Shown here: positions 13,259 through 33,888 of the stretch, piece by piece
Position numbering within the stretch: the first letter of the stretch is position 1
Layout of the letters: the number at the start of each line of letters is the position of its first letter
From: Nitrospirales bacterium
GTDB lineage: Bacteria; Nitrospirota; Nitrospiria; Nitrospirales; UBA8639
Direction of reading: 5' to 3'
Length of the DNA stretch: 64,000 bases
Assembly (NCBI GenBank): GCA_965203295.1
Contig: CBDBCZ010000012.1
Coordinates: 256,001 to 320,000 of the forward strand
Translations under genes and position numbers: made by a program
The notes under the pieces: generated by a model
Told to the model about the DNA's origin: nothing
Databases searched by the model: none
The model's input: only the letters and a program-made list of their open reading frames with translations

Positions 13259-15898
13259 TGCTGGTAGGGAAAATGGAGAAAAGGTGATAATGCGTGACAA
13301 AGCGGTGAGGTGGTGTGATGGTGAGATTAAGATTATGATAAGGATACTGGAGAGTGGTATTGGCAGGGGAGATAAACGGGAGAGTGTTACAAACGTTGTT
13401 CGGAAATCAAGGAATTGGTATAGATAGTTGAAATGAGGTGATTGAAAGGGCTAATTAAGATTTTCATGCAAACAGAAAGGAGTTTTAGGGCATTTGTTGG
13501 CAGGATCTTCAAAAGGTAGTCATAAGGGTATATTGCTTCTTTGAGGAGTACTCCAGGTTCATGTGCAATCAGCACTAAGGGAAATTTGGAAGTATTATGT
13601 GAGCATTATGAAAGGCTGGGTACAGCATCCGTAGATGATCAGTTTGGTGGTAGCTCGAAAGAGCATGTAGAGCAGAAAGTGACAGAGTATAGGGAAATGT
13701 CTAGATTACGGAAGGTTAAGGTTTTGGACAGGGGAATTATTTTGCAGAAATTTAACTAAAACCTTAAAGAACTAGAGGTCTTTCGCAGAGACATACCGAT
13801 TGCCAATACGAACACGTGACCAGAGTCCGTATATGCCCGTCCCCCATTGTATTCTAGTTGTGACCGTATTAAAAAGGCAGAATGTACCATTGTTAAATAA
13901 GAAAGAGCTGGAGATGCAGCGTATGGAACTGCTTTGGCGACTATCAGGTACACACCCGAACATTTTTTGGGGGATTTCAATGTTGATATTTTGTTCATCA
14001 ATCGCTGAACCCTGCAAATCGCGAGATAGCCCGATTTTTGAGTCGACAGACAACGAACGAACGAACGGACGGACAGACAGAACCAATCGCTTAACCCTGC
14101 CGCCGCCTACGCGCCGCGGGGTAATAATAATACAGGAGGTAATGATGGGCTAGTTGTGGAGCTTTTTAGGTACGGTGGCAAAGGAGTAGCTACATGTAGT
14201 CTGTTGAAAGTCTTATATGAAGTAGTTTGGACAGAGGAGAGTGTTCCTAAACAACAAGGACAAGTGTTACTTTTTAGCTTGTATAAGAAAGGTGATACTG
14301 AAGACCTGGGTATTTACAGAGGCATTACATTATTAAATGTGTGAGGAAAACTGTTCTAAACAATCGCATAGTAATCACATTAGAATGAGAAAGAGCTCTT
14401 CATGAGGATTCAGAGAGAAAACGAGTCGTGTTGATAGAATCTTTGCTTTCAATAAAATCATACCAGGTAGAATGAGGAACACTTATGCTTCTTTCTTAGA
14501 TGTTCAGAAGTATTTGACACAGTTTGACATGATGGCTTATAGTTTGGGTTATGGGAAATTGGTGCCAGGGGCAGGATGAGGCGAGTTATTAAGGATATCA
14601 CACAGAGTGCTGTTTTACTGGAGGCAGAAATATCTGATATAGGTCAGGGGGCGGCACAGGGTTGTAGTATGTTGCCTATCCTCTTGTCTAACTTTATTAA
14701 TCAGTTGTTAGATGAGGTTAAGAAGGCTGTGATTGGCATTAATATTAAGAAGGATGTTAAGGTTAGGGGTCTAATGTTTGCCGAAAGATTTTGTAGGTTT
14801 AACTACTAACATTGATTAATGCAGTACAGGGGTTTTGTAATAAATGAAGGTTGAAATCTGACATAAAAAACAGTGCTATTATGGTATTTACTAAAGAGGT
14901 TTATACAGGCACATGTACATGGAAGTGGGGAGATAAAAACATTCCAGAGGTTGTAAGTCACTGCTACTTGGGTGCTGAATTTGCAAATAATGGTTCATGG
15001 ATAGTCATGTACAGAAGGTAATTAATAGTGGAAGAAAAATCTACATTTAGTAACAGTAATATCAGCACAGTTACAAGAAGAATACCCTATTGTTAGTTTC
15101 AGTAGCTTACCCTGCTTTAGAATATGGTAGTGAAGTGTGGGCTTGTAATACATGGCAGACAGTTTCCTTGGAATTTATTCAGCTAGGAGCAGCTAAAAAT
15201 ATATTTGGCTGCTCTTCTAAAACGTGTAGTGAAGCAGTAAGGGGGGAGGGGGTATGGGGTTACAATCTTTTGAAAGGCAGGAGGCATAGGTGCATGGTGT
15301 TATAAAGTCAGTAATTTGCATGATGAGAGATATCCTAGCTTACTAGACAGTGAGTGGTAAGTGAAATTGTGCAGAGGTAGGCAGAGAAAAGTAGGTGATA
15401 AATTGTTGCTCCAGTCATTAAATCTAGAGAGTCAGGATATATTTGCTGAAGATTTCAAACTATTGAAAGTAACAAAGTTTGCTAAGCTCCCGCCCAACAA
15501 ATCGTCTAATTCTCTCACGAAAATATTTCTGATGGTATCTTACATAGGACACTCCTAGACCACATGTACTACACTCTCACATTGCACCCCACACAACTTA
15601 CACTGCCTATCATAATTTTTACCCCTATATCTTCCTAACGTTTTATTCAGACGGTTAGTACTTGAACATAAACTTAAACATCAATCGTGTTCCTGGGTCC
15701 CCAACCCCTGCAAGTAATTCTTACATTCTATTTCTTTACAAACAGACTAGCTTGTACAGCCTCAGCCATCATTTATACTCTATGGTGATCAAGTTAATGA
15801 AAAATCTGTTTGTTCTTGCTCGGACTGGAGATCTTACAGCGTGGTATGTGGGTGCGTGCTCAATGGCATACGCGCTACGACAGCGACACGAGTATAAC
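13259..15898 (+). mobile_element. Degenerate 5'-truncated APE-RT LINE, old copy 2
   Basis: Homologous to ~57960-60557. Flanked by a 15-bp TSD: ATTACTGCCTATCTG (13244-13258) and ATTACTACCTATCTG (15899-15913). Confidence 0.92.
13770..14124 (-). mobile_element. DINE-1/HINE-like element nested in old LINE (copy 2)
   Basis: Same structure and insertion point as 8-344. Confidence 0.75.
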
Positions 15899-18800
15899 AT
15901 TACTACCTATCTGCAATGTATCAGCTGCAGTTGATGTGCCATTCTTGTGAATGTACGAACCTGTGAAACAGTGTATCCCTTGCGGACAGTACTGAAGGAA
16001 ACAGAGGTACTCTTTCGAGTAGACCTAAAGGTAGAGCTGGCTTTACTGCGCAGTGACTTTGCTCGGGTACTGTGCCACACCTGAGAGAAGAGAGAGCGGG
16101 AATATTAAGGTAATACCTGCACGGACAAACCTGTAATATCTTACGATAAAGGAGCAGGCACACATAAAAGGCACCGCTCCTGTTGTCTAGATGTTTTCAC
16201 TCAAGAGTTCTACTATAATCGTGTTCATGGCTAGGAATGATGATGACTTCTTGTACTTTCTATGTAAGGTACATGTAGTGGTACCACATCATTGAACACA
16301 TTAATTACAACTGCTTGCTAACCCTTAGTCATCAAAGTTTATAGGGGTGAGGATGTTACAAGACTAGATTGCACCATTGCATATCTTCAGTTTGAACACA
16401 TACAAAACCTACCTTTTCACTTCTTAGAACATGAAACAGGAGAATGAAAACACCCTATAGAGAATGGATAAGAAATAAATATGACTAATCTATGTAGATT
16501 GCTGTTTAGTACAAGAGTAATGCAATAACATACGTACCTACTAGTGCAATACCTACATGTACATATATGTGTATGTATGTAGCTAGGTATGGGTTATCAC
16601 ATAAATTTTAGTTCAAAATTGATTACCATGTCGATGCATGAATTGGTAATAGTGTACACAACATACAGTAGTAATTACACTGTACATGTACAATGATGAG
16701 GTGTACGCAACTAGTACGAGAACACATTCCTAGGATATTAATAAAATAACATCTACATGTTTTAAAGCCACTAATGCACTTGCATTATAACAGACAACTA
16801 AGGTAACCACATGATCGTCATGACATGTGTTAAAACAAATAGCCTTAGTTAGTAGAAGGCACCTGAAGTGAATTGAGAACAGTAAAGAGCCATGCAAAGG
16901 CAGTGAGGTTTCTGTTGACAGTAAATAGCCTAAAAACCCAGGTCAGTCCCAGTATGGGAAGGAGGATCACTGATGCACACAACGAAGTTCTGAGAAAGAG
17001 AAGGAGTATACATAACAGTCTGCAAGCACAGCAGTGAGTGAGGCTGGATGCACACTTCCAATTAATCCTAGCTGGCATGGATAGACTACAACAAGTATGT
17101 CATCTTTAACAGTGAGTTAGAGATGATGTTCCCACTAGCAGGATAAAGATGCATATTATAATCTCCTCACGCGGTCAGCAGTTTCGCTCTGTCTGCTTCA
17201 TTTGGAGGTATGTACTATTTGACTAGTATATATGTATGTGCTAGAAATTTCACAAAACACTCAATACGTACACGCATGTACAAAGCACGAGCACCTAGTA
17301 GAGCCTGATGGTATCTTAAACTCACACAAACAGTTCCCTTTTCTCTTTAAATTTGGAGGTTGTATTCTGATTGGCTGCTTTTGACTTGGTACTCTTGTAC
17401 ACTTTTAGCACAGCCACAGCCATAAAAAATACATTTACCTATGAGGGCATTAATGTAAGGAAGTAATGGTGTCACATAAAATGCTGTAGTCTTGTAAAAA
17501 ATTGCAGTAGCAAATTTTAACAAGTTAAATACAATGCATTTTTGATTTTTAGATGTGACCATGAATTAAAACAACAGTTGCAAGGCTAACTTACAGCAAT
17601 GATGGCTAACATAGGGCCTACAAAAGCCCAGATAACTCCATTGTCAGTGGACAGCCAGCAACTGCAAGAACAGTATATGTATAAGACATTACTAAGAACG
17701 CTCTAGTGCCTTGATAATCAACAATTGAGGAATTTCATTTATTTAGCCCAATAACAATGTCATGATTGTTAATACAGTAACCAGACAGTATGCTTTTGGA
17801 ATGGCACATTATAAAAGAGGTTGTACACACTGTGGGTCGCGACGTATTCAACTACAGTGACATGGATGATCTATAGCCATGGACAGATTCAACTAACTCA
17901 TGTGTTAATACTGGTTATACTTACTAAATAAGAGCTCCCTCATCGTTCCTCACTCCATAGTCATCATGTCTTGATGCCACTCCAATCACCACCGGAAAAA
18001 TGGGCAGACCTGCAGACAAGAGTATACGTACTGAATAGTGGTCTAATGCCTGTATTACAAATCAAGAGTTTGAACACTACATGTACGTAGCTTACCCCAT
18101 CCAAGGAGTAAGAAAAACCACCATTTCTTGGACAGCCTGCTGAAAACTACTACTACCATCAGGTAGAGCATGATGCCCTCACACAACATCCAACAGAAGG
18201 CAGCCAGGAAGAAGTAGTGCAGGAGAAGAGTTACAAAGACACACCCACCCTGTAAGGAGAAGAATAATGTACAAATGAGCATACATACGTGTAAGTAAGG
18301 TGTACCATAATCAGTGAGTGGACACTGTCTGTGTCTGAATACGTATATAAATGTGTTTATATATGTATATTACCAAAATTAAATTACGTACACTTTACAT
18401 TGTGCTCACATAAATTTTAATACTATCCCTCATACTTGATCACAACAGAAGAGTACTGCTTAATGTAAAAGAGACTGGAACTGTACAGGTAGTGTGAGTG
18501 CAAACCATTAGCGGAGACAAGAAACATGACAGACTGGGTCTCAAGCAGCGGGAGGTTTAGTACTCCGGCCTCACATTTCTCACTCTTAATTGCTTGGATT
18601 ATAATATACTATTCGACCTCTGTGATTTCTGCTGCTCTTGATCCTCTCACAGATACGTACGTAGGTACCAACCTGGCTTCTTCTACATATATGCTGCATG
18701 ACATCCTCACATGCACTTGTAGTAAAGATAGGTTTTACCTCAAACTAGCTGAGATTAAATTCTTGATCTTGCAAAGTTTCTGGACGATCACAACCTTATC

Positions 18801-19110
18801 ACACAAACACATATCTTTGCAAGATTTTAAAATTAGGGTAAAATCCAAATTATGTACGTAACTAGCCCTGATTGCATGATATATCCATGGCATGCATAGC
18901 AATTAAGGTTTAAACTGAAGTTTTAGCATTTTAATAATTCTTAAAGATAGGCTAGGTGTCATACAGAAGCCATAGATATTTTAAAACATTGTACGTAGCA
19001 GACTCTATACTTCATTTGAGAACCTAGCAACGTACGGGGTAGAGGAATTAAAGCGAAAACCTACAACTCTTATGACATGCATGCTTTACCAACCATGCAG
19101 CATCTAGCAT

Positions 19111-19152
<42 letters not shown>

Positions 19153-20651
19153 TACATGCATTTACGTACCACTGAATGCCTGGCTGTCTGTATACCAATC
19201 ACAAAAACAAGGTACCCCACAAACAGAGAGATGGCCAAATTTAGATGAATAAAGTATTGGACTAATTGGAACAGTTTCTTGCTGTAGAACAAGAGAAAAT
19301 AGATGTGGTTACTACTGAGAATGCAACCACAAAATAGTGCAAGTCATGCAACTACACTCTCAAGTGAAAGGATTACCGGTAGAGAGAAATGCAAGTGAGC
19401 AAACATAGAGGTGCATAGAAACGTGTATACATATTACTAGTATACACTCCCAGTGGAATACAAACCATGTGCATATCACACCTATGTTATACACATGTTC
19501 ATTTCTCTCTGCATATGTATATGTAGGTTCCGATTATGGATGTGTGGTTGCAACTACTAGTAAAGGAAGTAGCCATTTCTCTTCACGTAATAGACGAAGG
19601 CAGTAGGTATAATATTCACGTAATATTAACGAGTAATCTTAAAAGAAATGTAGCTCAGAGGAGATACTACCCACCCCACGACAAAACAAAGACAGGGAGC
19701 ATTAATACTAACGAGTGTAGTGACAATAGTGTAAATGGTGTTTACCCCAGAAAGAGGAAGAACACAATGGCAATGACCAGGCATGCCATGGAAATAGCAC
19801 AACCAATATAGGAGACGATCATTAAGGCCTGTAGCTCTGCACCTCCCTATATAGCAACCAAAACAGAATACAAAACATTGTGTAACAGGAATAGTGAGGT
19901 TTCACAACACAAAGAAACATATTTTAGGTACACATGCTAGTAGTCTGTATGCTTGCATTGGTTCTGCAGGCTGTGTTACAGTATATTATATGATAGCAAG
20001 CATGGTCTAAACAATATATGTAGAGACACCGGTTAATTTGCACATTAATGTTACAGTAGTGCCCATTATATGTTTGCATAAATCATCTACATGTACCTTA
20101 ATAAAGGAGTCTCACAAATACAGTCTGATAAGGTCGAATGAGCTACATGTAGTGTAAACCTGTGGACTTAATGCTACTACTGCTATCCATACATCTCCGA
20201 GTGTTCCAGACACATCCACCAGCACTGCAAAACTTGAGAGATGACTGCTCTGGCACTCCACTGTCATCACACCACCGCGTAAGGTAGCACTGACTGTCTC
20301 TACCCCATCTGATGATCAACTGCCACTACCAATCCTGTAGTTTGTTCGGTGTTTTTTATTTTGGAGGGGGGTTAACCAGAACTACTCCATAACTTGTTTT
20401 AAACATCAAAAACTACATCACTCACGCACATGTAGGTCTGAAAGTAGATGTAGTTACGCAACAATTATTGCAAACGCGAGCTTAAACATGAACCGCTGCA
20501 TGGAAACATGGCTAAAAAATCCATATGACAAAGTATACTATCAAAAAATTGTATACTGGAGAAAGAATGTACATAATTATTGAAATACGACGTATCTGCA
20601 AAAATAGCCTTTACTTATTGTGCTCTATTGTTGGACCCAAATGAGAGTCCT

Positions 20652-20991
20652 ATATTCTCCACTTCACCCTTGTTTCTATAGTAACAGGTGGGTAATAAAT
20701 CCCATATACTGACAGGACAAGAAGTTATACTCCAGCCCTCAGGGCAGGAGTTGTCCATATGTAACAAGCGAAATCTAAAATAGAGAATAATGGGTGGCTC
20801 CATATAGTCTGGATCTGAATTATGTTAACAAGGATGCCCACTGTTTCGCACCTGTATAATACTTCCACTTAAAAAATATAACAGATAAACCGAGGTAGCC
20901 AGCTGGGATTTATGGCCATAAACAGCCCTCGCCCTCGGGTTCGGGCAGTTTATGGACCATAAATCCCTGGCTATCGTGGTTTACCTATTAT
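20652..20991. mobile_element. Unit-2-specific ~340-bp insertion ending in a ~115-bp imperfect palindrome
   Basis: Other units read GTCCT|GTAAC at this site. 20878-20991 folds back (ATAACAGATAAACC...GGGATTTATGG / CCATAAATCCC...GGTTTACCTATTAT). Confidence 0.65.
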
Positions 20992-23932
20992 GTAACAATA
21001 CAGTGAACATGCACACGCAAGTAACTGACTATAAAAAATTTCATTAAAGCGACTTACGGATCAGAAAACTCCCAAAAAGCACATCTGTAGTCACTTCCAT
21101 TTTTTACCTATATACATGTACGTACGTATGTACGTACATAAAAAATCATTAGGATGAAAATACAGTTTTACAGTCTATACCATATATTCATGCACCAAGT
21201 GACCTGCTTTAGTAAAGTGGGAACAGCTACTACCAGGACTGTACAGCAATGCAATCCCTGGCACATTAATATGCACCCTTCTTAATACTCGCTAGAATAC
21301 TATTGGTAAAGTAGTACTTCATAGTAGCTCTTGCCAGTAGGATGTACGTACACGTATATGCTGTCGTGATCTACCTTCATTCAAGATTAGACATGCTAAC
21401 AAAACAGCTGTTTCCAGAGTAACATAAAGCTGACCAACATCATAAAACATTTACAAGAATTATTGGTATGTTCGGTATATTAATTACATTATGTGTTAAA
21501 AACAAACCTCATCGAAAGTGCTGCACTCGAAATTCTCGTGACGACGCTGTTGTGGAAATCACCATGGAGGCAACAGCAGTGGAAGCACTACAGAAAGAGA
21601 AAAAACTTTGTGGTAATGGTTTCCTGGAATGTTACAACTCCTATACATGTTTATAGCACAGGTATAATGATACACAGCAATGAATATCGCATCAATCTTT
21701 GCAGTAAACACCTACCAATGCCCATATTGGTCTAGCTAGGTCCTGACTTTTCTATGTGCTATAACACACAGAAAGCAAGGTTCATATCATTGGTGTCACC
21801 TAAAGTGGGATTATATTAATTACACTGCAATGCAAGGACATGAATATGCTGTTCCTCCTTATCCAATTGGAAAAATGGGGTGGGTCAGGGTTGAATGGCA
21901 CACTGTGTACAGACACGTATACACATACCCTGTTGGCAGCACAACTTCCATATTCCGGAATAAAACATATGTTACTGGTACTGTATTCCCTGTAGAGTAT
22001 AAGAAAAGCTAGCCTAGATGGATGGCATGTATAAAGAAAGTGGACGTACATGCACATGTATATTTATATACTGCCAGGTGTAAAGATTTAAGCCAAAATG
22101 GGTGTGTGTATAAAATTAACAGTGCAGTTCGGCATGAATGAGAGTCACTGGCTGAAAAATAAAATGTGCGTACACAAGGCCTGTCAAACATGTCATGCAT
22201 GAAGAATCAGACATGTCTATAACATTATATACTTTCCAAATGGAGGCTTACTACAGCACCTGGGTTAGTAGAGTTTGTGTAGTCTCTGCCATGTCAGTAT
22301 AATGGATGGCACAAACTGCACAATGCTAATGTGATTTTGAAGTAGCACAGCCCTCTCACATAGCAGCCATGGCTGATCCTTAAAAAAATATGTGTTGTAT
22401 TATAGACGAGACCTCAAAAACCAACAGGTTTATTGTATGCTGCCTCACAAAACTCTCCCATACCAATGTCATACTTCATTACATCAGCTGCACTGCACCC
22501 ACTAAGGACCCTACATTAAATTCACATTAAGCTTGCTAGGGAAGATGCTAGCCGCTCAAATTAAGCAGTACTTGTACTCTACATGTCGACACAAAGAAAA
22601 GTTCAATTGGTTTCCTAACTTACCCTCCAATACACACAGTCTCCAGCACCATAATTTTTGTATCTTTGAGCTACATGCACATAGAGAACTTTTCATTCGG
22701 TTCTATGTGAGTTTCATAGTACATATGTTAGTGCAAAAGTAACATAATGTAGTCGCATCTCTTACACATTTCTGCAAACACATCGTACTAACACTTGGTA
22801 GGCTACATTCATTGAATATTACTTGATGTATTGTAGCTTTTCCCACTGAGGAATTACAGTAAGTGCGGCATGAGCTGTCTACTAAACATTGGTGTAAAGG
22901 AAGGCCTGCTATAGGCTCAATGATTGCAGTATCTTTGTTATGTGCGTGCAAACTGACATGTGGATATGTAGCACAAGATAGGTGGCATGGTCAAGTGAGT
23001 TCGGCATGTCTCTTAGCTCACCCATCCAAACAGGTACATCAAACTTATGCTGGGACTCTCTCTGAGACAGTTCAAAATCTCAAGTAGGAAGCCATTATAT
23101 TACTTTTGCCGTGGATAAAGATGTCACTACACAGCTTGTACATACAGTATATAGGTAGAAAACATCACATGTAGTTTACTATATTCTTTACAAACAGGAG
23201 TACAGCAGTTACTGCAAGTGCACTTACTCCATTGTGGTTACCCCATATGGCCAGTGCTTGCACCAACAGGTACATGGCATGTACAAGCACATACACATTC
23301 AAACATACCAAGGTTATTCCCACCATTCACCACACTATCCTCAGAATCTTCCAAAGCGTTAGCAAGATAAATTGAATATCGTTCCACATTATTCAACAAG
23401 AGCTGACTACCAGCATCAACCTGTGTGTATGTGTGCAAGCATGCTGTTACAAACGCGGTTGCATGGTGCTACATACACAACAACATGTACATGTACATAA
23501 TATTTGTTTCGAGCTCAGACCTCAGCTGTCCTTTAGCAAACAGCCTTATGTATGTTCTGAGTGAAACAGCTTGATTTATACACCCACCCACATACATACG
23601 TATATTGTACTGCTAGCATATGCAGCAGTCATGTCAAGAGCTGCCTTCTGCATGAAATGACAACACTTTTCACCAAACCTGTAACTAAAGCACTCAATGT
23701 TCCATTGATTACAGCAAGAAGTCTAAACTGGGCACAAGACTGTGCATGCAAATACGTTAGTGATGGTATGCATGTGTTAGCAAGGTTGAAACGTACTTCT
23801 TGCAACGTTGTCCATCTAATTAAGTTACTTGAATCAAGTACATTGCTGAAGATACCCAAAAGATTCTGAGGGAAAGATTCAGCGGCAAGTACCACAGTGT
23901 GAATGCTTAACAAAACACATCTACTAGGTTAC

Positions 23933-23998
23933 TAGCCTTGTCCCCAGGCTCTAGCTCTCAAGTGATAAAAGCTGAGTGAATGCCTGGGAATGAGGCTA
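23933..23998. mobile_element. TAGCC...GGCTA hairpin MITE with degenerate 9-bp TSD (also 31386-31451 and 44549-44614)
   Basis: TIR TAGCCTTGTCCCCAGGC / GCCTGGGAATGAGGCTA. Flanks CTAGGTTA(C/G) and CTAAGTTAG. Confidence 0.75.
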
Positions 23999-24840
23999 CT
24001 AAGTTAGCAAATGCATGCATTGCTGCAGTAGTAAATCTAATGCTTAGCTCAATAATCTATAAACAAAAATTATACACTGGAGTATGTATGACAATATTAT
24101 AGCTAGAGACCAAACAACTGTCAATGTGCAAGGAATTGAAACGTATCAAGTGTAAACCAATGTTGACATCACCATGAAACATTAAAACTTTCAAAATGAT
24201 GTTATAACAATGCGCAAAAAAACTAGGGAGATTTAGTATCAAAATTATGTTATTTAGTGAACCATGGGTGAAAACTCATGTAAGGCTTTTCCACCTCAGA
24301 TTGTCTGAGGAGACATGAAAAACAGGTTAATCCTTCTAGTGGCCTAGTGGTGAAGGCCCTGAAAGCTGAGAGCTGGGTTAGATTCTCTTGAGTACGTACA
24401 TGTACTTCCTATTTCACCCCCCTTTAATTTTTTTCTTTTTGCTTCTTTTGGGTTCTGTTTCTGTTAGTTTTCACTACATATTCTAGAAAGATTGGACAAG
24501 ACTGGCTATATACAGTTAGGCTGTACTCAACAACAGGACAAAAGTGATTCAGCCTCGCTAAAGAGCCTTTGTATATGGCAGCATGGTTAAGTATTCTTAG
24601 ACCAGCTCATCCTGCATACATCCGCACCTACACAACAGCTCAGCTACAAGTGTGTTAGAAAGTACAACCAATGATGAGGTGTATGCAACTAGTACGAAAA
24701 CACATTCTTAGAATATTAATAAAATAATATCTACGTGTTTTAAAGCCACTAATGCACTTGCATTATAACAGACAACTAAGGTAACCACATGATCGTCATG
24801 ACATGTGTTAAAACAAATAGCCTTAGTTAGTAGAAGGCAC

Positions 24841-31318
<6,478 letters not shown>

Positions 31319-32632
31319 CTAAGGGAAAGATTCGGCGGCAAGTACCACAGTGTGAATGCTTAGCAAAACACATCTACTAGGTTACTAGCCTTGTCCCCAG
31401 GCTCTAGCTCCCAAGTGATAAAAGCTGAGTGGATGCCTGGGAATGAGGCTATTAAGTTAGCAAATGCATACATGGCTGCAGTAGTAAATTTAATGCTTAG
31501 CTCAACAATCTATAAGCCAAAATTATACACTGGAGTATGTATAACAATAAAGCTAGAGACCAAACAACTCAATGTGCAAGGAAATGAAACGTATCAAGCG
31601 TAAACGAATGTTGACATCACCTTCAAACATTAAAACTTTCAATATTATTATAGTACGCAAAAAACCAGTGAGATTTAGTATCAAAATTACGTTATTTTAT
31701 GAACCATGGGTGAAAACGTATGTAAGGCTTTTCCATCTCAGATTCTCTGAGGAGACATGAAAAACAGGTTAATCCTTCCAGTGGCCTAGTGGTGAAGGCC
31801 TGGAAAGCTGAGAGCTGGGTTAAATTCTTTTGAGTACGTACATGTACTTCCTGTTTCACCCCCTTTTCTGTCTTTAGTCGGTCTTTTGCTTATTTTGGGT
31901 TGTGTTTATGGTAGCATGGTTAAGCATTCTTAAAGCAGCTCATCCTGTATACATCCGTACCTACACCACAGCTCAGCTACAAGTGTGTTAGAAAGTGCAA
32001 CTATCTGGACAAAAATCTCCTACTTGACTTTAGCATTACGGTTTCATATATATGTATAATTTTCTGGAATCAGAGCTTTAGCCACACGAAGGTTGAGATC
32101 TCTTTGTCTGCTGGCCAATTTAGTTCACATTAATTTGGAACTGCGGTTCGCTTTCAACAAACGTAATATTAATAATGTACTTGAAAAACAGACAATCATC
32201 CTGACACTAGTACGCTGACAGACGAAAGGCTCATTACTGATCATGAGCAGGGCAAGCTTTCTGGTTTCTACTCTACACCGTCTCTTGCAAGCTTTTGCAA
32301 ACCTCTGTACCGACACGGGAGCTAGTCTCGCGAGCCAGACTGTACGGGAGCTAGCTACCCTGGCTGACCAAATTACGGTACAGAACGGGTACATAATAGC
32401 GAGTACAAACTTAAATGGCTTGAAATGGCTTTAATCTTCCGTTGTATGAGTGGCCTGACTCGTACAGCAACCTCTCCTCCCCTCCCTGACGAAGATTCCC
32501 GACGGTTCAGCGCACATGCGCAATTATTGAGTGAATAAATGGGGGCGGGGCTATCTAGACCTGTAAGTTACCTGTACGCATACGCACAGCACTCAGAACT
32601 GTGTGGGCGCACGTATACATAGATATTATCTA

Positions 32633-32692
32633 CTAGGTGAATGCAGAGCGTTGTGGGGCGAGCGTGAGCGAGTTCATCATGCCATAGATTAT
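32633..32692 (-). mobile_element. Helentron 3'-terminus remnant (rest deleted)
   Basis: CTAG + hairpin + TGGGGCGAGCGTGAGCGAG, joined directly to the flank that lies beyond the far terminus in the other units. Confidence 0.75.
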
Positions 32693-32786
32693 ACAACAAA
32701 TAAAATATAATAATTATAAAAAATAACACAACAGTTCAACATGTGACGACAGCTTCATCACATGTAAATAGTCACGAAGAGAAGTC

Positions 32787-32962
32787 TCATCCACTTGAAT
32801 CTTGACTTTCTGCTTCTAAATCAATCTTTATGCTGTTGTCCACAGTATCTGCATTCGAAATCCCCACTGATGCACTCTCTGGTAGAGCTTGTAAATTTTC
32901 ATTTGGGTGCTCAGATACTGTCGAGCTCCAGCCACTACTTGCGATGTGTGTGAGCTCGCTAC
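32787..32962 (-). pseudogene. Possible terminal C-tail exon of the adhesion GPCR
   Basis: GTGCAG acceptor and an open Ser-rich frame SELTHIASSGWSSTVSEH...AESQDSSG*. Partly deleted in the other units. Linkage to the GPCR is inferred from position only. Confidence 0.35.
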
Positions 32963-33888
32963 CTGCACGGCAGTATAAACATTATACAATAATAGAGCCA
33001 GTAACGCCTCGGTACGAATCTGACTAGTACACTCCAGTACAAACTCACAGACTATTTGTAGAATCTGAATGCCAGAGCTGAGTATGTACCGGTATAATAT
33101 AACAACTTACAATTGCATACACATTAAAATATTAGCAGGATGATTATTGGTTTTGAAAGCACTGACAGGCTCATGCAGTAGCACTGTGAACAGTGTATGA
33201 AGCCGATGATGTAACGAAGAAAAACATAAACACTTGGCCATCATTGTCTCTACCAAGTGAATCGGATCAGCTCAAGACTCTACTGCAAGCTCTATATGTA
33301 TGCCACATATCACAGTGACCTAATGCACTAGCTGTCACCATAGTCACTGTTGATTCCAGAGACATTTATGCTTGCTTAACACAAAGAGGTACACAAGCAG
33401 TAAATCCTTATTGGTCCCTCTCTCTATCTGTTCATGATTGCGGCCATTCATGCCTTTCATTCTCCTTGAAATATCCTCAGAAATGTGTGGCCTAACCAGC
33501 AATAGAATTTGTGATAGAGCCTAATTTCAAACCATAAACTAAACAACTACTCAACGAAGGGAACAAAATTTCCAACCACTGCTCAAATTACACAGATGTA
33601 TGACTATTACTTTATCCAATCAGTGGAAATGTACTTAAACATTTTTGTACGTATCATTATCTTACTCATCATTTAAAGCTGTACGTGCAGCAGTATTTTC
33701 AAAGGAAACACTGACGTACATGGAATTATACTGAAAATAATGACAGTCTCGCGTCTTCAAGACGACAAAGACTAGTTATCTAGTTATTGATCCCCCCACA
33801 CACTATTTAAAAGTTAGGTATGCATTACATAAAAGTGTGCCAGAGACAGGACATATAGCTAGCAGTTGCAATAATTGCTGCCTATTTG

